Shown here: positions 37,450 to 47,651 of the stretch, piece by piece
Numbering within the stretch: position 1 is the first letter of the stretch
How the letters are laid out: each line of letters opens with the position of its first letter
Origin: Bacteriovorax sp. UBA1852
GTDB taxonomy: Bacteria; Bdellovibrionota; Bacteriovoracia; Bacteriovoracales; Bacteriovoracaceae
DNA length: 57,485 nt
Direction: 5' to 3'
NCBI GenBank assembly: GCA_002338505.1
Contig: DDIK01000173.1
Location: 1-57,485, forward strand
The notes under the pieces: model-generated
The model's input: the letters and a program-made list of their open reading frames with translations, nothing else
The model's database searches: none
Told to the model about the DNA's origin: nothing
Translations under genes and position numbers: made by a program

Positions 37450-38793
37450 ATGACAAATGAACTTGATTCACTAATAAGAAAGCACCAAAGACCTCTTCCT
37501 CGATATACAAGTTATCCGCCAGTTGGAAAGTGGAACGAGGAGACCAATACGAATTTATGGTATCAAGAGATATCTGATGCCGCTGAAGATAAGGGCTTAG
37601 ATCTCTACATTCACATACCCTACTGCGAAAAGCTCTGTTATTACTGTGGTTGCAATAGAACAATTACGAAGAACCGGTCTCAAGCGGACAAGTATATAGA
37701 ATGCTTAATTCGTGAATTTGAAATATATGAGAGAGAAGTTGGTAAAGACCTGAAGATCAACTCGCTACATTTTGGAGGAGGTACTCCAAACTTTCTTACG
37801 GATATTCAACTTAATAGATTACTTATATATTTTACGAATAAGAGCTTTAATCAAGATCTTCATATTGCACTTGAATTAGATCCAAGAATACTGTCAGAGA
37901 GTCACATTAATCTTTTTAAGAAGTACTCCATTAAAAAAGTATCATTTGGAATTCAAGATTTTAATCATGATGTTCAAAAGGCAATTAATCGAATACAGCC
38001 TTTTTCACTTGTTTCAAATATTGTGAGCGACTTACGAGATAAGATTCCAGGTATTGAGATTAACTTTGATCTTATCTATGGTCTACCAAAACAGTCACTT
38101 CAATCAGTAAGAGAGACGATTCGCAGTGTGATGATTATTAATCCTGACACAATTGCTTATTACTCTTACGCTCACCTTCCGCAAAAGCTTAAAAATCAAA
38201 AACTAATAAATTCCGCTGATCTCCTTCATGGCATAAAAAAACTTGAACTCTTTATTGAGGGCCGTAACCTTTTGTTAGAACATGACTTTATCTCTTTAGG
38301 ACTTGACCACTTTGCAAGAAAGGGCTCAAGTCTAGAAAAAGCAAAGAACAAAGGTAACCTCAAACGAAACTTCATGGGTCACACTAGTAAAAAGTCTGAT
38401 GTCACACTAGGCCTAGGTTCAAGCGCAATATCAAGTGGGAAGAGTTTTTATTTTCAAAATTTTCAAGATCTAAATTCCTATATTGATTTGACTGAAAAGA
38501 AAGAGCTCAAATACAAGAGTACGCATTTACTTAGTTCAAAAGATCAGAGAATAACTGACTTAATAGATACAATAATGTGTCAGCAAAAAATCGAAAACTA
38601 TAGCTCTTTTCATACTGATCTCGTTGCGAACTTAGAATACCTCAAAACACTTGAAGAAGATCGTCTGATAAACATTCGAGATAATCAACTTAGCGTAACA
38701 GATAAGGGCTTGTATTTCTTAAGAAATCTCGCTTCTTGCTATGATCACTACCTTGGCCAAAACAAAGAAAATAAATTTTCTAGTAGTATCTAG
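37450..38793 (+). CDS. hemN: Oxygen-independent coproporphyrinogen III oxidase
   Basis: PRYTSYP, YIHIPYCEKLCYYCGC, FGGGTP, RNFMG. Confidence 0.95.
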   Translation: MTNELDSLIRKHQRPLPRYTSYPPVGKWNEETNTNLWYQEISDAAEDKGLDLYIHIPYCEKLCYYCGCNRTITKNRSQADKYIECLIREFEIYEREVGKDLKINSLHFGGGTPNFLTDIQLNRLLIYFTNKSFNQDLHIALELDPRILSESHINLFKKYSIKKVSFGIQDFNHDVQKAINRIQPFSLVSNIVSDLRDKIPGIEINFDLIYGLPKQSLQSVRETIRSVMIINPDTIAYYSYAHLPQKLKNQKLINSADLLHGIKKLELFIEGRNLLLEHDFISLGLDHFARKGSSLEKAKNKGNLKRNFMGHTSKKSDVTLGLGSSAISSGKSFYFQNFQDLNSYIDLTEKKELKYKSTHLLSSKDQRITDLIDTIMCQQKIENYSSFHTDLVANLEYLKTLEEDRLINIRDNQLSVTDKGLYFLRNLASCYDHYLGQNKENKFSSSI

Positions 38794-38853
38794 GATTACG
38801 TCGGAAATACTTGATATCTATTATCAAAACTGCTTCTAAGTTATAATTAGGTC

Positions 38854-40665
38854 ATGATAAAACTCATTATCACAACAATTGCTCTATTATTTTCAAGTCA
38901 CTCAAATGCAAGTGATCTGAAATGCTCCGAATATCAATTAGAATATGAACTTGTACTTTTTGATGGACTGGAGAATCTAATTGAAGCACCTACAGGATCT
39001 AGGCTAAAAGTATTTGACCAAACTGGAAATACAGCACTTGTTGAAATATATGGACCAAAGGGATTGCAAAGTCTACTTGAAGGTTCTTTCGTACATATTG
39101 ATGTAGATAGATTAAAGCATCATACCTGTATACCAGCAAAAAAGCCTGCCCAAGCGGTCAATGCACAAGAATGCTCAATACACCAAATACAAGATAAATC
39201 TATAGAAGGGATACCGCCGAAAACAGTTGTAAAAAATACTGGAGATAAGTCTCATCCTTCTTGGGCAACAGAAGTTGAATACTATCAAGAAGGTGAAAAA
39301 AAGAAAAAAATATTAAGTAAGGAAATTCTTAAGGATAATACTCAATGTCTTGAAACTAGTAACATATGCCAATTTAGAGAGCTAAGTGGAAATGTTAACA
39401 ATCTCAAGAAAGGAACAGTTGTTGAGATATTAAAGTCTGAATCTTGGTATCATGTCATTCAATATATCGACTCTGAAAAGAAAGTTCAACAAGTTAAAGT
39501 AGGTCAAGAAATTATGAAAGAGCATAGTACTTGTACTATTTATGATCCTGCAAAATTTATAAATATGTTAGCCCCAAGTAAACCATGTACCCCCGACATC
39601 ACGAGTAGCGACATCAGCAACTCATATTCTGAACCGATACCCAATTCTACGCCTAATAACTTCACCAAAGACCCCTACTGGGACGATAGGAAGTCTCAAA
39701 CTGACCTTGATGAATATCTTTCATGTTACAAAAGGACTAAGACACTTCACAAAGAATATATGACGAAATATAAGGGCGCTATTTCAAATGTCGTAGATGC
39801 CTTTATAGATGCGAGTAATCATGAATACGATACTCAAGAAATTAAAAGTATCTTTACCTGTTTATTATTTCGTGAATCATCTCAATGGGACTCTAGTCAA
39901 TCATATACAGGAGCTGTAGGTTTTGGTCAATTCACAAATGATGGGATAGAGGAAGTAGAGTCTCTATTTAAGAAATTTCCATACAAAGAAAAAGCTATTA
40001 AAGATGACCTCAAGTGGCTAGAAAATAGAAAAACAAAAACAAGAGAAATAAGAGGTAGAATTGCGACAGTGAGAGCTCTCAAAACGAATCTCTATCGACA
40101 TAGCAAAATTAAAGAATTCTATAATAAACTCAGAGAGAAAGAAACTTCTCTTCCAGACTTTAATACAAGCGATGCTGAAATCGATAGAATATTAACGAAA
40201 AAATCTCTTTCTGATAAAAAAAATTATAAACTAACATTTGCGATGAGTATGGCAAAAATGATGAATTGTGTGTCTCAATATAGAAGCTACTTTGATAAAA
40301 AAGAAGTATCTCCGAAATCAAAAGTTTTCATGGCTTGCGCTGGGGCTTATAACATTGGAACGACTGGCTTCAGAGATAATGTACTAGGAACTAATCGTGA
40401 TGTTAATTTTGAAGACTGGATGAAGAACTTAGAGAATTCTGGTGACAATCAAAGACATGAGACAAGAAGTCACCTTATCTCAATACAGCGTTGTGCAGAC
40501 TCTGAAAACAATTATCCGACATGTGGAACACATCCTAATAATCGTTGTTTTAAAAATAACTATAGCGTTTCTCCATGTGATGAAAGTGAGACGTTTATTT
40601 GTCATAAAGAAGATAAAAATAGAAGCGAGGTAATCAAAGAATGCGATCCAGACTACTACAATTAA
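38854..40665 (+). CDS. Secreted Cys-rich protein with a lytic transglycosylase-like domain
   Basis: Signal peptide; RESS, GAVGFGQF and AYNIG correspond to SLT motifs I-III. Confidence 0.7.
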   Translation: MIKLIITTIALLFSSHSNASDLKCSEYQLEYELVLFDGLENLIEAPTGSRLKVFDQTGNTALVEIYGPKGLQSLLEGSFVHIDVDRLKHHTCIPAKKPAQAVNAQECSIHQIQDKSIEGIPPKTVVKNTGDKSHPSWATEVEYYQEGEKKKKILSKEILKDNTQCLETSNICQFRELSGNVNNLKKGTVVEILKSESWYHVIQYIDSEKKVQQVKVGQEIMKEHSTCTIYDPAKFINMLAPSKPCTPDITSSDISNSYSEPIPNSTPNNFTKDPYWDDRKSQTDLDEYLSCYKRTKTLHKEYMTKYKGAISNVVDAFIDASNHEYDTQEIKSIFTCLLFRESSQWDSSQSYTGAVGFGQFTNDGIEEVESLFKKFPYKEKAIKDDLKWLENRKTKTREIRGRIATVRALKTNLYRHSKIKEFYNKLREKETSLPDFNTSDAEIDRILTKKSLSDKKNYKLTFAMSMAKMMNCVSQYRSYFDKKEVSPKSKVFMACAGAYNIGTTGFRDNVLGTNRDVNFEDWMKNLENSGDNQRHETRSHLISIQRCADSENNYPTCGTHPNNRCFKNNYSVSPCDESETFICHKEDKNRSEVIKECDPDYYN

Positions 40666-41054
40666 TTCTTACATTTACACTTGTATCATCAATCACTTAT
40701 GCATGGAAATCTGAGTACAAAGACTATTTAAATAAGTGCAGCAAGAAGTCTTTTACGAAGTTTCATCTTAAGTTTAGCAAGCAGGTTTTTGACAATAGAA
40801 AGAGAACAAAAGAAGAAGATATGCTCACTCATCTCTTTTTCTCCACTCATATGTCACCCGCTGATACTGACTACGTACACTTTACTGCATGTGGAGCACA
40901 CTTTTCTGCTTTTTACTATCTCCTAGACACACTGAAAAAGAGTGAGGAGTCTGTCATTAAAGAGTGGGAGAAATGCTTTAAGAATTCTTTTAATGGTAAG
41001 ATTTCTAAAGAATATAAAAAGAACATTGAATGCGCCAAGAATGCCTTACTATAA
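40641..41054 (+). CDS. Secreted hypothetical protein
   Basis: 137 aa, signal peptide, GAGG RBS, overlaps the upstream gene. Confidence 0.7.
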   Translation: MRSRLLQLILTFTLVSSITYAWKSEYKDYLNKCSKKSFTKFHLKFSKQVFDNRKRTKEEDMLTHLFFSTHMSPADTDYVHFTACGAHFSAFYYLLDTLKKSEESVIKEWEKCFKNSFNGKISKEYKKNIECAKNALL

Positions 41055-41795
41055 ACCAATCAAAATTCTAAACAATGACGTTTCTTCAGGTTTTTGTGCG
41101 CCATATGCTCTATGCTCTACCTTCTCAGGATCAAGATAAGTTCCAAACATCCTGTCCCACCAAGAAAACATAACGCCAAAATTCTTATGACTATGACTTC
41201 CTTCTTGATGATGAATTGAATGCATATGAGGAGTAACTAGGACATATGATAACCAATTAAGTTTGTATTTGATATTTGCATGAGTGAATAGCTGTGCAAA
41301 TGCTCCATAAGAATAAGCGACACATAATTCGGTGAAGTTTAAATTAAAGAAATAAAACCCTATCATTATTCCAGGAACGGCAAAGAGAAATGCATGAACA
41401 AAGCTTGAACGAAACCCACTAAACCAATAGAGGTTTTTAGGCATATGATGCCACACATGTGCCTTCCAAAGAGTATTTGTATGCATGAGACGATGATTCG
41501 TATACAAGAAAAAATCAGTTATTAATAAACTTAGATATATTTTTAGGATCGAGTGTTGCCCTGCCAGTAAATCAAGACTTTTTAAATCAATGAAAGCGAT
41601 AAACTCTTTAATAGAGTGACGGGATAACCCGACGACGATAGGGATAATCAAAAAGCCCAGAAGATCATATTTAAAATCTTCCATTTTATTCATAGCCCTT
41701 GCAGGTCTGAATTTTTCGATTACAATAAATACTATCGCCAACGCCAATCCTGCAATTCCCTCGACGTCTTCGTAAGTTAGGTTTATTTCATTCAT
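41049..41795 (-). CDS. Fatty acid hydroxylase/sterol desaturase family protein
   Basis: His boxes HRLMH, HVWHH, HAN, HSIHH; NFG...WDRMFGT. Confidence 0.92.
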   Translation of the reverse strand: MNEINLTYEDVEGIAGLALAIVFIVIEKFRPARAMNKMEDFKYDLLGFLIIPIVVGLSRHSIKEFIAFIDLKSLDLLAGQHSILKIYLSLLITDFFLYTNHRLMHTNTLWKAHVWHHMPKNLYWFSGFRSSFVHAFLFAVPGIMIGFYFFNLNFTELCVAYSYGAFAQLFTHANIKYKLNWLSYVLVTPHMHSIHHQEGSHSHKNFGVMFSWWDRMFGTYLDPEKVEHRAYGAQKPEETSLFRILIGL

Positions 41796-41876
41796 ATTGA
41801 TTCCTTTATGCTTACTCTAAATCAAATCAACGAATGATAAATTACAGATGTAAATTGTAGTGTAGGTGTATAAAGA

Positions 41877-43052
41877 TTAGACGGTCTTAAGTTCCTTAAA
41901 ATACATAGCATATTCACTATAGAATGTTTTAGAGTCTTTATCCCATGATTTATTACTTGGCGAGTTTTCAGCGCTATAACAAACAAAGGCACTCTTGTGT
42001 CTCACTGCAAATGCTAAGACACCAAGATACTTAGAAACCAAGGCTTGAATACCTTTAATCTCTTGGCCATCCTTTGTTGGGACACGTCCAACATACATAA
42101 TAAGTAATTTCTCAAAGTTAAATTTAAGACGAAGAAGAAGATATCCCATGAGTATCTGCTTAAGTCCCGGAATACTTCTCACGAATTTATTCTTGCTTAA
42201 TTCTTGAAAACTATAGATATGTTTTAACGGATCGAAGAAGTTTATACAAAAGGCAACTGGCTCGCCCTTGTACTCTATAAGATAAGAGAAAAATGGATTT
42301 AAAATATATTTAAAACCGTTATATGATTCTTTAAAAGTTTCAAAGTCAATTGGTGTATACTCAGGCATTTCTTTGTAAGAGCGCATAAATAGATCGTAAA
42401 TGATCTCTAGATATTTATTCCAGCGCCATGGAAAAATAAACTTTAGCTTAAGATGCTTATAGTTAGGATTCTTCTTTCCACTAGAACTACGAATCTTTTT
42501 AAAGTTCTTCATAGTTTTTCTTCCATCGATCTGTGTCGTATACCATCTTTTAGAAACTTGCATTCCCATCATTTCTAATAGCTTTGGATAGTAGTCAAAA
42601 TGATAGGGTTCTCCATAAAAAGGCTCCCCTCCAGAAATTTTCATACGATATGAGAAAAAGAAGTTTCCTTGCAGTGGACCTCTAAAACTAGTACAGCCGT
42701 GTGAACGAGTAAACCTTTCTATTTCAGATTGAATAATAGGAATAATATTAGAGTCTTCACGACACTCAAAGTATCCAAATGAACAACTTTCCGTACTATT
42801 AGGATCAAAATAGCAAATTAGTCTTGCGACATTGTCGGTGCCATTCGATATAATAATAACTTCAAATGAGACATTCTCTTTTATAAAGTAGTTACTTATA
42901 AGCTCACGCTTCAAGTCATCGCTATTTTCTTCAACGAAGAGAGGAAGTCCTTGATAAAAAGAGTTTCTTATCTGAGTAAACTCTTTCATAAAGTCTTCAT
43001 TCCATTCAGTCGTTGACCTTATCTTAAAATCGGTAGTTTTTTCTTCTCTCAC
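41877..43052 (-). CDS. YghO-like tandem-GNAT acyltransferase
   Basis: FGYFEC, RGP, PYHFDYYPKLLE pattern; ENSPS near the C-terminus. Confidence 0.65.
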   Translation of the reverse strand: MREEKTTDFKIRSTTEWNEDFMKEFTQIRNSFYQGLPLFVEENSDDLKRELISNYFIKENVSFEVIIISNGTDNVARLICYFDPNSTESCSFGYFECREDSNIIPIIQSEIERFTRSHGCTSFRGPLQGNFFFSYRMKISGGEPFYGEPYHFDYYPKLLEMMGMQVSKRWYTTQIDGRKTMKNFKKIRSSSGKKNPNYKHLKLKFIFPWRWNKYLEIIYDLFMRSYKEMPEYTPIDFETFKESYNGFKYILNPFFSYLIEYKGEPVAFCINFFDPLKHIYSFQELSKNKFVRSIPGLKQILMGYLLLRLKFNFEKLLIMYVGRVPTKDGQEIKGIQALVSKYLGVLAFAVRHKSAFVCYSAENSPSNKSWDKDSKTFYSEYAMYFKELKTV

Positions 43053-43113
43053 TTTTTTGCGTTTTCCTTTTTGTTATAATGATAATTATACAACACCTAG
43101 GAATCATGTACAG

Positions 43114-44448
43114 ATGTATGCACCAGGCAATAAAGTTAATCAATTCAAAGAGTTTCTTAAATATAGAAGAGATCCTATTGGCTTCTTTAAAGAAAATATT
43201 CAACGGTACGGAGAACTTGTTCACCTCAAACTGATGGGAAAGAATATTTTCATTATAGCTCATCCTGAAGATGCAGAATATGTTCTTCAAAAAAATGCTA
43301 AGAATTATATAAAAGGAAGATCAACTAAGAAAACAAGTGAAATTCTTGGCGATGGTCTTATCACAAGTGATGGTGCGAACTGGAGAAAACAAAACCAGAT
43401 GATTAGAAAGTCATTCTCTGTCAAAAACATAAGAGCGCTTGCTCCAACATTTGCCAAGCATGCAGATGTCTTTAGCGACAATCTTAAAGATCAAAGTATT
43501 ATTAATATGCATGAATACCTTCATAAACTTAGTCTTGAAATTGTAATGGATTCATTATTTAACTTGGATATAAAAGATTTTAATAGCGAGATTCATCAGG
43601 ATATTACAAATTTCTTAGAGCATATTATTGTTATCACGAGATCTATTATTAGGACTCCTGAATTTATACCCACTGAATACAATAAGAAAATAAAGAAGAG
43701 TAAGAAGAATATAAATACGTTCATAGAAAATATTATTGAATCACGTAAGCAGTTAATACAAACAGGAGCCAATATCCCAACTGACCTACTCTCCTTCCTT
43801 ATTAACAAAGAAAACATCGGTGGTATGTCAGACAAGCAGCTTAGAGATGAAATAGTAACTCTCTTCATGGCCGGTCATGAGACTATTGCAAACACAATTT
43901 CTTGGACATTTATAGAGCTATGTAACAACCCAAGTTACTTCAAATCATTGCAAGAACTTGCCCATGAGGTCTTTAAGAATAACGAAATCAATCTTGAAAT
44001 TCTTGAGGGTGACAATCTTGCGAGATCGATCATAAATGAATCCATGAGAATTCACCCAACGGTTTGGGTCTTCACGAGGGAAGCAATTGATGATGATAGC
44101 TTGAGAGGCTTTAAAGTTCCAAAAGGTTCCATGATGGTTCTAGCACCATATTTTACTCATCGTGCAAAAAACCTATGGGAACAACCTGATCAATTTATGC
44201 CTGAAAGGTTTTCAAATATAAAGAATATTAACAGTGAGCATAAAGGAATAAAGTTCTATCCTTTTGGTTATGGCCCAAGAATGTGCATTGGAAATCATAT
44301 GGCATTAATTGAAGCGCAGATAATTCTACTGAAATTTTGTATTAATCATAGATTCACTATTGAAAATAAAGAAGAACTTAAAGAAAACCCTGGTTTTACG
44401 CTTAGTCCATTAAATAATTATATGATGAAGGTTCATAGTCTTAAATAA
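43114..44448 (+). CDS. Cytochrome P450
   Basis: AGHET, ESMR, PERF, FGYGPRMCIG; start ATG 43114 preferred over TTG 43057. Confidence 0.96.
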   Translation: MYAPGNKVNQFKEFLKYRRDPIGFFKENIQRYGELVHLKLMGKNIFIIAHPEDAEYVLQKNAKNYIKGRSTKKTSEILGDGLITSDGANWRKQNQMIRKSFSVKNIRALAPTFAKHADVFSDNLKDQSIINMHEYLHKLSLEIVMDSLFNLDIKDFNSEIHQDITNFLEHIIVITRSIIRTPEFIPTEYNKKIKKSKKNINTFIENIIESRKQLIQTGANIPTDLLSFLINKENIGGMSDKQLRDEIVTLFMAGHETIANTISWTFIELCNNPSYFKSLQELAHEVFKNNEINLEILEGDNLARSIINESMRIHPTVWVFTREAIDDDSLRGFKVPKGSMMVLAPYFTHRAKNLWEQPDQFMPERFSNIKNINSEHKGIKFYPFGYGPRMCIGNHMALIEAQIILLKFCINHRFTIENKEELKENPGFTLSPLNNYMMKVHSLK

Positions 44449-46948
44449 TCTCTACTTCACCCTTAGATGACCTCATCTCTAGACGCTGACCTGTTTTAAA
44501 TATTTTTGTTGCGTTCTTTACACCAACTATTGTCGGTAGTGATAGCTCGCGACCAATAATTGCAGTATGACTCAACAGACTTCCTTTTTCAGAGATCAAA
44601 CCTTTGCATTTTGACATTATAAAAACCCAAGCTGGATCAGTGGTCTTAGTGATTAGGATTTTATTACTTAAGTCACTATAAGCAAAAGCTTCTTGAGGAG
44701 ACTTGAGAACAAGAGCTTCACCTGAACAATCATAAAGACTTGCCCCTTCACCTCTTAGAAGAGTGTCACTAGATGAAACATCTTCAATAAGTTGATCTTT
44801 AAACCAAGGATTATCGCTTCCGTCATAAGCTAGATATTCAGGAAAGCTTGTATCGGTAGCAGACCAAGATTTCTTACTATTTATCCTATGTGAAATTTCT
44901 GCGAGATCAATATCTCCTCTAGAGTATTCACTAATGGAGTCGTAACTTAGACTAAAGAAGTCATTTAATTCATATTGTTTAAATTGTTCTTCTTTTCTTA
45001 ATAGATAAATAAACTTTAAAAATGCATTTCTTAAAAGGTTATAGAAACGTGCTCGCTCTAGACGAGAGCCTTCTCTAGCTTCGATGTATTGATGTAACTT
45101 CTTCCAAATCCAATTGAGTAATAGACCTTGTGGTGCTTCAGACGTATCTGTACCATAAACTACTTTAGCTTCGGATTGCGAATACCACTTTAAGAATGTA
45201 TAGAAATTCTTTGGTGATTGCGAGAATGTTAAGCACTCAAACTTAAGCTCTTCAAATGCTCTATCTCCATAAAGTTTTAAGTATTCTTGCATAGAGGTGA
45301 ATTCAGTAGATAAATTCGACTCCATCATTGCGACTTCTATCTCCTGATACGTGACAAATTCATCCCTTTCAACAAGTTTAGAAAACACGTCAAAAAATTT
45401 CTTCTCATCAGTTATCTTAGCTAAAAAATCTTTTAAGCCTTCAATGGGCTTAAGAGATTCAACATCAGAGTTAGTTTTGAGAAAATTCGTAATTTCTTCA
45501 GAATCAAGTCCCTGTGCTTTTGATGTTTTTTCAAATAATGATAAGAACATCATAATAAGAATATCATTGACTACTGTTAAGCCAAAATTAAACTTAGCAC
45601 TAATTAGGTCTTCAATAGTCTTGGCAACATCTCGAAGCTCAGAGGCTTTCTCTATTCTTTGAGAGTATGCTTCCCTATTTTTCTTAGACCGCTCATAAAA
45701 TACCTTAAAGTAACTCTTATTCCGTAAAGCAACTTTAATAAGTTGATAGAAAGTACGAATGTCTTCAAAAAGTGTGCGACTTTTTATACGTGAACGAAAT
45801 GATAAGAAATCAAGTTTCCCTCCAATCATTCGATGCCAATTGTGAATATTTTTCTCGCCACCAGGTAGTGCAGACAAAGCCTGATGATAACTATCGAGAT
45901 GATAGTACAAGTGGCCATGTATATACTGAACGAGTTTCTTATAATAAATTCCGAGTTCGTTTAGTCGTGATGGCGAAGCACCTAGAATTTCCGCACTTTC
46001 AATGAATACTGACTCATAAAGTCTCGGTATAACACTTCCCGTAAAGGGAGATGTTAATTCTGGGTAACTCTCAGATAAATTTGTATCAACATAGTAATGA
46101 AGTTCTCTGAAGTTTTGTGTAATCGGTCTCGTTTGTAAAATATGACATTCATTTTCACTACAGAAAGCCCACTCAATATCAACTGGATGATCGTAGAACT
46201 TCTCTATTATAAGTATTTGGTCAATGAGTTTAGATCTCTTTTGTTCATCGAGAGAAGAGAGTTCTTTCTTGCTCTGTTCAATTGCTAGCTCTTTTAAAGA
46301 ATTACTATTTTGGTCATAGAACATTCCCTTTTCTTTTACAGAAATAGAACTTTTTACGAGATTTTTGAATCGATCTAAGTGATACGAATCTACGTCAACA
46401 AGACCAGAGACTAACCCCTCTCCAATTCCATAACAAGATTCAACGAGAATCAGAGATGAATCACCGACAGGAGAGCGACTAAAGGCAACTCCAGACTGTA
46501 CAGAATTAACCATGACTTGAACAACTACAGCTCCAAGCATCACATCATTATCGAGTCCTGCCTTCTTAGAATATTCAATAGCGCGCTCTGAATTAAGTGA
46601 TTCGAAACACTTTATTATATATTTTTCAATCTCTGATGTTTCTTTATATAAGTAGCTCTCTAAGATTCCAGCAAAGGAATTAGCGTCACCATCCTCATCG
46701 GCCATAGAAGATCTAATAGCCAAGAATTTAGTTTCGCCCCAGCTTCTCATACTTGATTGAATTTCTAGTAAAAGGCCTTCAGGTAATGACCCATTCTTCT
46801 TCCAGTACTGATGTGCTTTTGAAGTTACAACCCCAAAACTTGGTACTTTGATATCAAAAGACCTTAACTTAAATAAGTTATAACCCTTACCTCCCACAGA
46901 ATTTACTGCAGGCAAGGTTTTAGTAGTGGTGTCTATCCAATATGCCAT
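44441..46948 (-). CDS. PEP-utilising/PPDK-N phosphotransferase (RPH/PigC-like architecture)
   Basis: VGGKG, AIRSS..ED...SFAG, DIEWA, LQTRPIT; C-terminal swivel GSLLSHTAIIGRE. Confidence 0.9.
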   Translation of the reverse strand: MAYWIDTTTKTLPAVNSVGGKGYNLFKLRSFDIKVPSFGVVTSKAHQYWKKNGSLPEGLLLEIQSSMRSWGETKFLAIRSSMADEDGDANSFAGILESYLYKETSEIEKYIIKCFESLNSERAIEYSKKAGLDNDVMLGAVVVQVMVNSVQSGVAFSRSPVGDSSLILVESCYGIGEGLVSGLVDVDSYHLDRFKNLVKSSISVKEKGMFYDQNSNSLKELAIEQSKKELSSLDEQKRSKLIDQILIIEKFYDHPVDIEWAFCSENECHILQTRPITQNFRELHYYVDTNLSESYPELTSPFTGSVIPRLYESVFIESAEILGASPSRLNELGIYYKKLVQYIHGHLYYHLDSYHQALSALPGGEKNIHNWHRMIGGKLDFLSFRSRIKSRTLFEDIRTFYQLIKVALRNKSYFKVFYERSKKNREAYSQRIEKASELRDVAKTIEDLISAKFNFGLTVVNDILIMMFLSLFEKTSKAQGLDSEEITNFLKTNSDVESLKPIEGLKDFLAKITDEKKFFDVFSKLVERDEFVTYQEIEVAMMESNLSTEFTSMQEYLKLYGDRAFEELKFECLTFSQSPKNFYTFLKWYSQSEAKVVYGTDTSEAPQGLLLNWIWKKLHQYIEAREGSRLERARFYNLLRNAFLKFIYLLRKEEQFKQYELNDFFSLSYDSISEYSRGDIDLAEISHRINSKKSWSATDTSFPEYLAYDGSDNPWFKDQLIEDVSSSDTLLRGEGASLYDCSGEALVLKSPQEAFAYSDLSNKILITKTTDPAWVFIMSKCKGLISEKGSLLSHTAIIGRELSLPTIVGVKNATKIFKTGQRLEMRSSKGEVEII

Positions 46949-46996
46949 CTTTATATTATAACTTCTTTAAGAATTATAAAAAAGAGGTAATAAGTC

Positions 46997-47644
46997 ATGG
47001 ATATAGTAGATAAGAAAGTAGAAGAATATTGTATTTCACATTCTGATTGTCCAAGTAGTTTATGCATCGAACTTGGTGATGAAACAAAAGAAAATCACCC
47101 TCTAGGAAGAATGATTTCAGGAGAGCTAGTCTCATCGTTTATATCTTTTATGATTCACTCGCATAATGTTAAGAACATCCTAGAAATTGGTACTTTCACA
47201 GGTTACTCTGCTCTTTCAATGGCCGAGCAAATACCTAGCGAAGGCAAGGTATATACAATCGATAAGAACAAAAAAATTAATGAGTTTGCTCAGAGCTACT
47301 GGAGTAGAAGTGAGCACGGTCACAAAATTGAAGCACTCTTTGGCGATGCCAAAGAAGTTATCAAGGATTTATCAGATAAGAGATTTGACTTGGTTTTCAT
47401 TGACGCTGACAAAGGTTCTTACAAAAACTATCTTGAGCAATCACTAGAGCTCTTAAGCTCAAATGGTCTCATTATAGTTGATAATGTTCTTTGGAGTGGC
47501 AAGGTGTGTAAAAAAGAAGACGAGAATGATGACCAGTCGACGAAATCGCTCAGAGACTTTAATACCTACGTAAATAGTCTTCCAGGTGTCCGAAAATCCA
47601 TGATTCCTATTAGAGATGGACTATACCTTATAAAAAAAGCATAA
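46997..47644 (+). CDS. Caffeoyl-CoA-type O-methyltransferase
   Basis: LEIGTFTGYS, FIDADK, DNVLWSG. Confidence 0.92.
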   Translation: MDIVDKKVEEYCISHSDCPSSLCIELGDETKENHPLGRMISGELVSSFISFMIHSHNVKNILEIGTFTGYSALSMAEQIPSEGKVYTIDKNKKINEFAQSYWSRSEHGHKIEALFGDAKEVIKDLSDKRFDLVFIDADKGSYKNYLEQSLELLSSNGLIIVDNVLWSGKVCKKEDENDDQSTKSLRDFNTYVNSLPGVRKSMIPIRDGLYLIKKA

Positions 47645-47651
47645 TAATTAA

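Noticed and set aside
44441-46948. Housekeeping PEP synthase ppsA or a confirmed rifampin resistance gene
   Set aside because: The His-swivel domain is C-terminal and the PEP-binding barrel is absent, so it is not PpsA; substrate cannot be assigned from motifs.
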